NCBI GenBank assembly: GCA_020435335.1
Contig: JAGQZT010000107.1
Location: 4,715-68,714, forward strand
Direction: 5' to 3'
From: Flavobacteriales bacterium
GTDB lineage: Bacteria; Bacteroidota; Bacteroidia; Flavobacteriales_E; Vicingaceae
DNA: 64,000 bases
The position numbers and the translations under genes are program-made. The first letter of the stretch is position 1; each line of letters begins with the position of its first letter. The notes below the pieces were generated by a model. The model did no database searches, was not told the origin of the DNA, and was given only the letters and a program-made list of their open reading frames with translations. Positions 25,621 to 33,695 of the stretch are shown piece after piece.

Positions 25621-28600
25621 TTACCTTACGATAAGTTTTCTGGTTATTTTATGGGTACCTGATACAACGGTTACCAGGTAGAACCCGGAGTTCAGTTTTT
25701 CGTTGAATCTCAGGGTTGAGTTGTAATCCGTTTCGTCGGTATTGATCACTTGTTGTTGGATCACTTTACCGGAGATGTCGGTAATGATCAGTTCAGCATC
25801 CTGATCCAACCCTTTCAGGTCAAGATAAACAAAGTCTCCGCTGTTCGGGTTCGGATAGATGATCATTTCCAGCTCGTTTACATCGGACCATTGAGGTTCC
25901 TCGTCAAATGAAGACGGTGTTCCGAGTCGTAAGGATGAAGGTGTGGTGATCTGACATACAGTGCCAAAAGAGCCCCATACACCATTAATTTTAGCCCTAA
26001 CACGAACATCATAGGTTGTACTCAATTGAATACCTGGGACATCGTTAACGTAAACATAACGCCAGTTATAATGTCTGTTCATGATCTGGTTATATCCCAA
26101 TCCAATGTTTGAAAATTCATATTGATAATTTGTGGCTCCGGCTACGTAATCACAAGTAATGTAGTTTGAGTAACTGGACATCACGATACCACAATCATTA
26201 TTAATCAGCTTGGTGGTGATTCCATTTGCAGGAGTTGTTATTTGGCAGGTGGTTCCATAAGCCGACCAGATACCGTTTATCTTAGCCCGAACCCTTACAT
26301 TGTAAGTTGTGTTGTTTTGAATACCCGGAACCAGATGAACATAAACTTCACGCCAACTGCTTGATCGGGTGTAGGTTTGAGTATAACTCAGACCAGTGTT
26401 TGAGAATTCATATTCATAATCTGTTGCTCCGGCAGCATAATCACAGGTAATATAATTGGCGTAGTCAGTCATGACAATTCCACAATCACCGGATCTTAAT
26501 TTGGTTACCCCTCCAGTTGAAGGTGTAGTTACCTGGCATACGCTGCCGTAGTTGGTCCATACTCCATTTACTTTAGCCCGAACCCTTACATTATAGGTTG
26601 TATTATCTAAAATACCGGCCACATCGTTCAGGTAAACTTCACGCCAACTGCTCAGTCGGTTATATGTTTGAGTGTACCCCAATCCTGTATTTGAAAACTC
26701 ATATTGGTAGTCGGTTGCTTCGGCAACGTATTCACATTTAATGAATTGGGAATAGTTATTTAGTGTAATACCGCAATAAGCAGACATCAAACGGGTAGTA
26801 ACATCGTTCGCAGGTGTTGTGATCTGGCATACAGATCCGTAACTTGACCAAATACCGTTCACTTTTGCTCTAACCCGAACGTCGTATGTCGTGTTGTTTT
26901 GGATACCCGGAACGAGGAACACATAAACTTCTTTCCAATTGTAGTGTCGGGTATAAGTTTGTGTGTAGCCCAGGCCGGTATTCGAGAACTCATATTGGTA
27001 GGCGTCGGCGTTGGCTACCCAGTCACATGTAATGTAATTCAGGTAATCCGTCATCACCAATCCACAATCCTGACTGCGCAATTGAGTAACACCGCATGCA
27101 TTTACGGTAATATATCCCGTTTTGGTAATCGGATCACTACCGAAGGCATTACTGGCTGTTAATGTCACAGCATAAGTGCCTGCTGATGCATAAGTTACAG
27201 TAGGATTTTGAGCACTGGAAGATGATGGTGTTCCTCCCGGGAACGACCAGCTCCAACTGGTTGGTGTGTTGGTACTCAGATCGGTAAAAGAAACAGAGTT
27301 ACCTTCACAAAGTGTGGTTGGGCTTCCGCTAAAATCAGCAACCGGAGGTGCGCCGCAGGCATTTACCGTAACAGCCATGCTGTTGCTGCCGCCGTTTCCA
27401 CAAGTGTTGCTAGGTGTAACAGCTACGTTGCCCGATGTCGTTCCGAAAGAAACGGTAATGCTGGTTGATCCTTGTCCGGCAGTTATCGTTGCTCCCGAAG
27501 GCACGGTCCAGGTATAGTTCGTGGCACCACTTACGGCAGCTATGGAATAACCGATTCCAGTCGCGTTCTGACAAACAGAGCCGCTTCCTGTAATGCTGCC
27601 CGCATTTCCGGGAACAGTATTGATGCTCACAGCTACGCTGTTACCGCCACCGTTTCCACAAGTGTTGCTAGGTGTAACAGCTACGTTGCCGGCAGTTGTT
27701 CCGAAAGAAACGGTAATGCTGGTCGATCCTTGCCCGGCAGTAATGGTAGCTCCGGAAGGAACGGTCCAGGTGTAATTGGTAGCTCCGGAAACACTTGAAA
27801 TAGAATAGGTTACCCCGGTCGCATTTTCGCAAACGGAAGTAGAACCGGTGATGGATCCGGCATTTCCGGGTACGTCATTTACCGTTACGGTTACCTGTGC
27901 ACAGCTTCCCGGACTAACACAGCCGCCTTCTCCACGAACATAATAGGTTGTTGTGGTAGTCGGTGATACATTGATAGATGTTCCGTTTCCGGCAGATGTT
28001 CCTCCGCAACTGGAGGTATACCACTGCCAGTCGGTGGCATCATTCAGGTTTCCTGTAGCGATGCTTAGCGTGGTACTGTTTCCGTTGCAGATGGTTGTTG
28101 TACCGGAAATAGTCGGTACATCCGGATCGTTGCAGGTAGAAACCGTAGCAATATAAACACCGTAATCTTCAATGTCACCCACAAACGTGTTGCTGCATAC
28201 CGCTCCGGTTCCGTTGGCATCCACATAGGCACGCATACGTAACATTTTTCCGGTTGTTGGTGAGGTTGGAATGGTAACCACCTGGTTAAACGTTCCTGTT
28301 CCTGTTCCTGCCGGTAGTGTGGCGCTCATGACCTTTTCTCCGGCGGAGAACGTCCCGTCGTCGTTGTAATCAATATACACGTCAACATCTTCACTATAGG
28401 TGGATCCATTGTTCAAGGTAACCGACATGGTGTAGCTGCTATCCGGATTAACCGTGGTAGCATGCGAGCAGGAATAATCCACATATTCCTGATTCATGCT
28501 GCCGGATGTGGTATTCGATAAGGTGTTGAATGTGATGTTCGACATCGTATAGCCGTAATTGGCCGGAGGATTGGAACTGGTTGGCGTACAGGCTGCTGTT

Positions 28601-30039
28601 ACAGTTCCTGAAGAAACGTTTAAATATCCATTTACGGTTTTAGAAGATGTTCCGCTGGGGTTGGTAACCTGCAAGGTTACGTTGTAGCTTCCTGCACTGG
28701 TAAAGGTAATGGTTGGGTTTTGATCGGTTGAAGTAATAGGTGTTCCGCCATTGTCAAAGGTCCACAGAAACGAAATTCCGGTATACCCATTATTAGTATA
28801 GGTGTTTGGGGTACAGGAAGATTGATCGTAGAATGTTACGGAACTGTTGGCACAAATGGCCGTAGTTGTCGACGTGAAATCAACCGTTGCCACAACTGGT
28901 GGCGTAAGTGCCGGACTGGTCAGGAAGGAGGCCCGTTCTACGGTCATGGCCGATTTGGCCACGGTTCGTTGTCCGAAGGTAAATTCGCTGGAACATCCGG
29001 TATAATCCATGTAGTTCAGCATGTGATCCTGATGGGTTCCGTTTCCGGTATGGGTAGGCGACATCACCTGGTTGAATGACGGATCACAGGTATTCGGATC
29101 GGTGTTGCCGCAATCGAAATACAGTCCGGGAATATCGCTGGTCCGGAAATGCTGGGGCGTATCGGAAATACCGTCGTCACCACAAACCGAAGGATAGTTG
29201 TCTCCGTCGAATGTGTGAGGTAAATTAAAAGCATGTCCCATTTCGTGAGCCCAGGTATCCGAAGATTCATCCAGGTAAGAACAGATCAGAACCACAGAGC
29301 CGTCCCATGGCTGACCGTGAGAAGAAGCGTAGTAGGCATATCCGGCAGTATAGGATCCGCCGGTGTAGCAGTTTTTATTGTCGATTTCATCTACGATCCA
29401 TACGTTGTAGTACTCGGTCGGATTCCAGATGCTGTATTCTTTCAGGGAGTTCACACCGCCACCGGCAGTATAATCGTTGAGTCCGTTAGTGTTATTCCGG
29501 TTTACGCCATTGTTTACATAAGAAGAAACACCGCTCATGTCTACCCGGTCGATTCCGTCGGTACAGTTTCCCGATTCATCCTGAACGGCCAGCGTGAATT
29601 CAATTTCCATGTCCACACCGTTACCATCACCGTAAGTGCCGGTAATTTTACGCCAGTAGTTGTTCAGGTACTGAATGCCCAATCTTACATCTGCATCAGA
29701 AATATTGGTTCCGGAACCTACCGCTTCTCCCTTGTGCATCACGTGTACCACAACAGGAACCTGATAAATGCCGTTAACCGGGTTTTTATTGATCGGAAGT
29801 TTGGTATAACGGTTAACCGATTCTTCGTGTTTGTAACGGTAAAGGCTATCCGTAGCCATTTTCTTGTTATGAAAGTGGTCAGTAGCACAAAACTCAGGAT
29901 TAATGTGAGTTCTGCGGCTCTGGTAAGTAAGCGATACTGTTGAAGATGCGGAATTCGATTGCTGAATAGGAGGCGCAACCTGAGCAACACCAAACAGCGA
30001 ACATGAAGCCAATAAAATGGATAAAGAAATATTTTTCAT
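25621..30039 (-). CDS. Large secreted metzincin-type zinc metalloprotease with PKD, GEVED, PKD-like and repeat modules, and a T9SS C-terminal sorting domain
   Basis: Signal peptide present. HEMGHAFNLPH (HExxHxxxxxH) at aa 265-275, GEVED-type motif VGDIEDYGVYI near aa 620, two PKD domains, internal repeats, and a C-terminal IIYPNPNSGDF...FYLVTVV...KLIVR sorting domain. Confidence 0.9.
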   Translation of the reverse strand: MKNISLSILLASCSLFGVAQVAPPIQQSNSASSTVSLTYQSRRTHINPEFCATDHFHNKKMATDSLYRYKHEESVNRYTKLPINKNPVNGIYQVPVVVHVMHKGEAVGSGTNISDADVRLGIQYLNNYWRKITGTYGDGNGVDMEIEFTLAVQDESGNCTDGIDRVDMSGVSSYVNNGVNRNNTNGLNDYTAGGGVNSLKEYSIWNPTEYYNVWIVDEIDNKNCYTGGSYTAGYAYYASSHGQPWDGSVVLICSYLDESSDTWAHEMGHAFNLPHTFDGDNYPSVCGDDGISDTPQHFRTSDIPGLYFDCGNTDPNTCDPSFNQVMSPTHTGNGTHQDHMLNYMDYTGCSSEFTFGQRTVAKSAMTVERASFLTSPALTPPVVATVDFTSTTTAICANSSVTFYDQSSCTPNTYTNNGYTGISFLWTFDNGGTPITSTDQNPTITFTSAGSYNVTLQVTNPSGTSSKTVNGYLNVSSGTVTAACTPTSSNPPANYGYTMSNITFNTLSNTTSGSMNQEYVDYSCSHATTVNPDSSYTMSVTLNNGSTYSEDVDVYIDYNDDGTFSAGEKVMSATLPAGTGTGTFNQVVTIPTSPTTGKMLRMRAYVDANGTGAVCSNTFVGDIEDYGVYIATVSTCNDPDVPTISGTTTICNGNSTTLSIATGNLNDATDWQWYTSSCGGTSAGNGTSINVSPTTTTTYYVRGEGGCVSPGSCAQVTVTVNDVPGNAGSITGSTSVCENATGVTYSISSVSGATNYTWTVPSGATITAGQGSTSITVSFGTTAGNVAVTPSNTCGNGGGNSVAVSINTVPGNAGSITGSGSVCQNATGIGYSIAAVSGATNYTWTVPSGATITAGQGSTSITVSFGTTSGNVAVTPSNTCGNGGSNSMAVTVNACGAPPVADFSGSPTTLCEGNSVSFTDLSTNTPTSWSWSFPGGTPSSSSAQNPTVTYASAGTYAVTLTASNAFGSDPITKTGYITVNACGVTQLRSQDCGLVMTDYLNYITCDWVANADAYQYEFSNTGLGYTQTYTRHYNWKEVYVFLVPGIQNNTTYDVRVRAKVNGIWSSYGSVCQITTPANDVTTRLMSAYCGITLNNYSQFIKCEYVAEATDYQYEFSNTGLGYTQTYNRLSSWREVYLNDVAGILDNTTYNVRVRAKVNGVWTNYGSVCQVTTPSTGGVTKLRSGDCGIVMTDYANYITCDYAAGATDYEYEFSNTGLSYTQTYTRSSSWREVYVHLVPGIQNNTTYNVRVRAKINGIWSAYGTTCQITTPANGITTKLINNDCGIVMSSYSNYITCDYVAGATNYQYEFSNIGLGYNQIMNRHYNWRYVYVNDVPGIQLSTTYDVRVRAKINGVWGSFGTVCQITTPSSLRLGTPSSFDEEPQWSDVNELEMIIYPNPNSGDFVYLDLKGLDQDAELIITDISGKVIQQQVINTDETDYNSTLRFNEKLNSGFYLVTVVSGTHKITRKLIVR
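25933..27090 (-). repeat. Four tandem ~96-aa (about 288-nt) coding modules
   Basis: Occupies aa 984-1369. Each module reads CG.VM.DY.NYITCDY...Y.YEFSNTGLGYTQTY..R..W.EVY....PGI.NNTTY.VRVRAK.NG.WS.YG..CQITTP. Confidence 0.85.
27358..27873 (-). repeat. Tandem duplication of a 258-nt (86-aa) PKD-like module
   Basis: aa 723-808 and 809-894 (VPGNAGSITGS.SVC.NATG..YSI..VSGATNYTWTVPSGATITAGQGSTSITVSFGTT.GNVAVTPSNTCGNGG). There is an exact 41-nt match between 27392-27432 and 27650-27690. Confidence 0.9.
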
Positions 30040-30139
30040 GATGTAAGTTTTATGTAAAGCTAATTTACCTAATTATAGACGTAATAGTTATCCAAAAGGT
30101 TGGAAAATATTAACATAAAACGAACAGGAAGTTGAAATC

Positions 30140-31654
30140 CTAAATAATGAAATCTTTAGGCTTGAACCCATCGGCATGCGTTTTTATGAAAGCAATGCTT
30201 TTTGCGATTACCGGATGAAGCTCCGTATCATTTTCAACGAAGGAAACGGATGCTCTGTATGTTGTTACCCATTTTTCCAGAGAGGCTGATGAACGAAGCG
30301 GCCTTCTGAATTCCAACGCCTGTGTGGCATTGAGCAGTTCGATTCCCAGCAATTTTTCCAGATTGTCGAGCATCCGGTATACTTTGGTTGCTGCGTTGGC
30401 TCCCATGCTCACATGGTCTTCCTGGCCGTTTGACGAATCCAGGGTGTCTACCGAACAAGGTGTAGCCAGTTGTTTGTTCTGACTCACGACCGATGCTGCT
30501 GCATATTGCGGGATCATCATGCCGCTGTTTAAGCCCGGATTGGCTACCAGAAAAGGCGGGAGGCCGCGTTCTCCGCCAATCAGTTTATAGGTTCTCCGCT
30601 CGGAGATGCTTCCCAGTTCCGCAATGGCAATACCAAGGTAATCCAAAGCCATGGCCAGAGGCTGACCATGAAAGTTTCCACCGGAAATGATCTCATCTTC
30701 ATCAGGGAACAACGTCGGATTATCGGTTACGGAGTTGATCTCTTTTTCAAAAACGGATTGAGCATGGTTGATGGCATCTTTACAGGCTCCATGAACCTGA
30801 GGCACACACCGGAAAGAATAAGGATCCTGAACATGTGCCTTCTCGCGGGTAATGATCTGACTTCCTTCGAGTAACTTCTGGATGTTTTGTGCCGTAACAT
30901 ATTGTCCGTCGTGCGGACGAACCCGGTGAATCAGTTCGCTAAACGGAGAAATCCGCCCGTCGTAGGCATCAATCGATAACGCTGCAATCACGTCGGCAAA
31001 GGTGCTGCGTTTCTTAGCCCGGATTAAACAATGAATGCCGTAAGCACTCATGAACTGCGTTCCGTTCAATAAGGCGAGGCCTTCTTTCGATTTCAGGGTG
31101 ATGGCTTCCCAGCCCAGTTCATCCAGGATGGCCTGACCGCTGTATCGCTTGCCCTGGTAATAGACTTCTCCCAAACCGATCAAAGGCAGGGATAAATGGG
31201 CCAATGGTGCCAGATCGCCCGAAGCGCCTAATGATCCTTGTTGATAAATCACCGGATAGATTCCGTGGTTGTAAAAATCAACCAGACGTTGAACGGTACT
31301 TAATTGCACGCCGGAATGGCCATAGCTCAAGCCCTGAATTTTGAGTAAGAGCATGAGGCGAACCACCTCTTGCGGGACTTCCTCACCAATGCCACAGGCA
31401 TGCGATTTAACGAGGTTTTCCTGGAGTTTTTCGAGGTCGTTGGCCGAAATTTCGGTATTGCATAAAGAACCGAAGCCGGTATTGATGCCGTAAATTGGAG
31501 TGCTATTGTGGGCTAATTTTTGATCGAGGTAGGTCCTGCATTTTTCAATGGCAGCGATAGCTTCTTCGGATAATTGAATGGAACAATTGCTGGTGATGAT
31601 CTCGTCGATCGTTTCCAGTGTCAGCCAGTTCTTATTGATATGATGCACGTCCAT
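30140..31654 (-). CDS. hutH: Histidine ammonia-lyase
   Basis: MIO-forming triad in GASGDLAPLAHL. The selectivity region KSHACG (Ser-His) is HAL-type rather than TAL/PAL-type. Confidence 0.85.
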   Translation of the reverse strand: MDVHHINKNWLTLETIDEIITSNCSIQLSEEAIAAIEKCRTYLDQKLAHNSTPIYGINTGFGSLCNTEISANDLEKLQENLVKSHACGIGEEVPQEVVRLMLLLKIQGLSYGHSGVQLSTVQRLVDFYNHGIYPVIYQQGSLGASGDLAPLAHLSLPLIGLGEVYYQGKRYSGQAILDELGWEAITLKSKEGLALLNGTQFMSAYGIHCLIRAKKRSTFADVIAALSIDAYDGRISPFSELIHRVRPHDGQYVTAQNIQKLLEGSQIITREKAHVQDPYSFRCVPQVHGACKDAINHAQSVFEKEINSVTDNPTLFPDEDEIISGGNFHGQPLAMALDYLGIAIAELGSISERRTYKLIGGERGLPPFLVANPGLNSGMMIPQYAAASVVSQNKQLATPCSVDTLDSSNGQEDHVSMGANAATKVYRMLDNLEKLLGIELLNATQALEFRRPLRSSASLEKWVTTYRASVSFVENDTELHPVIAKSIAFIKTHADGFKPKDFII

Positions 31655-33006
31655 CAGGCAGTTACTTTTTGAATAAGGTCGTCTATGGTGTTGAAAGGTA
31701 CTTTATCCGCTTCGTCGGAATTCTTTACGAAGAGCTCACCTTCCTGGTTGGAGGAAACGATGAACGGAATGGCCTTGCGCTCGGCAAAGGTCATTTGTTT
31801 TTTCCACTTGGCCGGTTCCGGATAAATCTCGGCATTGATGCCGGCATCCCTTAAGGCGAATAACATCGGTAAAAAGACCTGCTCATCCTGTTCTCCCTGG
31901 TTGGTGAACAGGACCTGCGTACTGTCGCCCTGGAATTCAGGATATAAGTTATTGTCGAGCAACACGTCGTATATGCGGTCGGCTCCAAAGGAGATTCCAA
32001 CTCCGGAAACGTCTTTCAGTCCGAACTTGCCGGTGAGGTCGTCGTAACGGCCACCACCACAGATGCTCGGGAAATTATCCACTTTTACCTCGATAATCGT
32101 TCCGGTGTAGTAGCCGAGGCCGCGCGCCAGGGTCGGATCGAAAACCAGGTTGGCCGTTTGTAAGTTGTTGAGTTGGTTCAGTTTTTCGAACACATACTCC
32201 AGTTCTTCGATGCCTTTCAATCCGATCTCCGGCTTCTGGAGTTGTTGTTTCACTTTAGTGATGGCATCAGGGTCTTGATTTACGGATCCAATAAAAGTTG
32301 CAATTTCGGCAGGAAGTCCTTTTTCAGTTAATTCTTTCGAAACACCATCCATACCAACCTTATCCAGTTTATCGATGATTACGGTCATTTCCTCCAGTCG
32401 ATCTGAAATGCCGAATGACTCAGCAATTCCGGCAAGAATCTTCCGGTTATTAATGGAAACTGTATAGTTCAGTTTCCCTTGAAACAATTCCGTAAACACC
32501 TCGTCAATGATCTTGATGAGGTCCACTTCGTTCAGCAAAGAGTCCGATCCGATGATGTCGGCATCACACTGGTAAAATTCGCGGTATCGGCCTTTCTGTG
32601 GACGATCCGCCCGCCACACGGGCTGAATCTGAAAGCGCCGGAAAGGAAACGTAATGTCGTTCTGGTTTTGCACCACATAGCGGGCAAAGGGAACGGTGAG
32701 GTCGTAGTGTAAGGCCTTCTCCGCAATAGATCGGGTTAAGGCTGTTGAATTTTTTTCAGACAACGCACCTTCGTCGGCTTTAGCCAGATAATCCCCACTA
32801 TTCAGAATCTTAAAGATCAGCTTATCGCTCTCATCGCCTCCGGTGCCGATCAGGGTATCCAGGTTTTCCATGGCCGGTGTCTCGATCTGCTGAAAGCCAT
32901 ATTTCCGGTACACCGTTTTGATGGTCTCGAAAATATAGTTCCTTCGCGCCATTTCAATCGGCGAAAAGTCGCGGGTCCCTTTAGGTATGCTTGGTTTATT
33001 GCTCAT
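31654..33006 (-). CDS. hisS: Histidine--tRNA ligase
   Basis: Class II aaRS motifs: GTRDF, RYREFYQCD and GGGRYD. The stop codon overlaps the hutH start by 1 nt. Confidence 0.95.
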   Translation of the reverse strand: MSNKPSIPKGTRDFSPIEMARRNYIFETIKTVYRKYGFQQIETPAMENLDTLIGTGGDESDKLIFKILNSGDYLAKADEGALSEKNSTALTRSIAEKALHYDLTVPFARYVVQNQNDITFPFRRFQIQPVWRADRPQKGRYREFYQCDADIIGSDSLLNEVDLIKIIDEVFTELFQGKLNYTVSINNRKILAGIAESFGISDRLEEMTVIIDKLDKVGMDGVSKELTEKGLPAEIATFIGSVNQDPDAITKVKQQLQKPEIGLKGIEELEYVFEKLNQLNNLQTANLVFDPTLARGLGYYTGTIIEVKVDNFPSICGGGRYDDLTGKFGLKDVSGVGISFGADRIYDVLLDNNLYPEFQGDSTQVLFTNQGEQDEQVFLPMLFALRDAGINAEIYPEPAKWKKQMTFAERKAIPFIVSSNQEGELFVKNSDEADKVPFNTIDDLIQKVTA

Positions 33007-33074
33007 GAAAAAAACTTGAGGCCGCTAAGTTAATAATCTCTGTGTAGAAGGCATATTTTTAGCTTAAAATATAT

Positions 33075-33082
33075 TACCTTTA
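33075..33082 (+). promoter_or_regulatory. -7-like box TACCTTTA
   Basis: Near-consensus TAnnTTTG box ending only 4 nt before ATG 33087, which may give a leaderless transcript. Confidence 0.35.
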
Positions 33083-33086
33083 ATTG

Positions 33087-33665
33087 ATGGATTTCCGAAG
33101 CGCCAAACAATACATTCTCGATCGGCTTGAAAAAGAGCTGCAACCCAATTTGTATTACCATGGGATTCATCACACGCTGGATGTATATGAGGCTTCCATC
33201 CGCATCGCCGAGTTGGAGGGATTAAGTCAGGATGAAAAAATACTGGTGAACACGGCTGCCTTGTACCACGATTCCGGATTCCTGTTCAAGTACGAGCACA
33301 ACGAAGAACTCGCGGTCGAACTCGTGGGAGAGATGCTTCCTCAGTTCGGATACAACAAAGAACAGGTTCAGATTATTTGCAACATCATTTTAACCACCCG
33401 CGTGAAAGCCCGGCCTTATACCTTACTTGAAAAAATTATGTGTGACGCCGATTACGATTATCTGGGCAGGGATGATGTGGAGCGCATTGCCGATTCGCTG
33501 TACCGGGAACTGCTCGAATATAATTTTCAGCTTTCTCCACCCGAATGGAATGAGCTGCAAATCCGTTTCCTCAACAAGCATCAGTACTATACGGAATCTT
33601 CGCTGCAGATTCGCCGGCCTAAAAAGCTGGCCTACATCGAGCAATTAAAAAGCCGGAAGTTTTAA
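33087..33665 (+). CDS. HD-domain phosphohydrolase
   Basis: Contains YHGIHHTLDV and LYHDSGF (the H...HD...D signature). Confidence 0.75.
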   Translation: MDFRSAKQYILDRLEKELQPNLYYHGIHHTLDVYEASIRIAELEGLSQDEKILVNTAALYHDSGFLFKYEHNEELAVELVGEMLPQFGYNKEQVQIICNIILTTRVKARPYTLLEKIMCDADYDYLGRDDVERIADSLYRELLEYNFQLSPPEWNELQIRFLNKHQYYTESSLQIRRPKKLAYIEQLKSRKF

Positions 33666-33673
33666 TTCCGGCT
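33651..33673 (-). terminator. Hairpin at convergent gene ends, likely terminator for the minus-strand gene
   Basis: Stem agccggaa / ttccggct, followed on the minus strand by TTTTAATT. It overlaps the 3' end of the HD gene. Confidence 0.4.
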
Positions 33674-33695
33674 CTTCAAAAAAAATTAGTGTTGA

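Noticed and set aside
27358-27873. Regularly spaced repeats that could be mistaken for a CRISPR array or minisatellite.
   Set aside because: There are only two 258-nt units. They are in frame, they encode a PKD-like domain of the protease, and there is no repeat-spacer architecture.
29233-29943. 236-aa plus-strand ORF antisense to the metalloprotease gene. Also the plus-strand ORFs 27266-27517, 27472-27798 and 27593-27775.
   Set aside because: They are shadow ORFs. The plus-strand ORFs in the 27.3-27.8 kb range only mirror the tandem coding duplication on the minus strand.
30140-31654. Possibility that the ammonia-lyase is a tyrosine/phenylalanine ammonia-lyase or aminomutase (flexirubin-type).
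   Set aside because: The selectivity position reads Ser-His (KSHACG), as in histidine ammonia-lyases, not His-Leu or Phe-Leu. No polyketide or flexirubin genes lie nearby.
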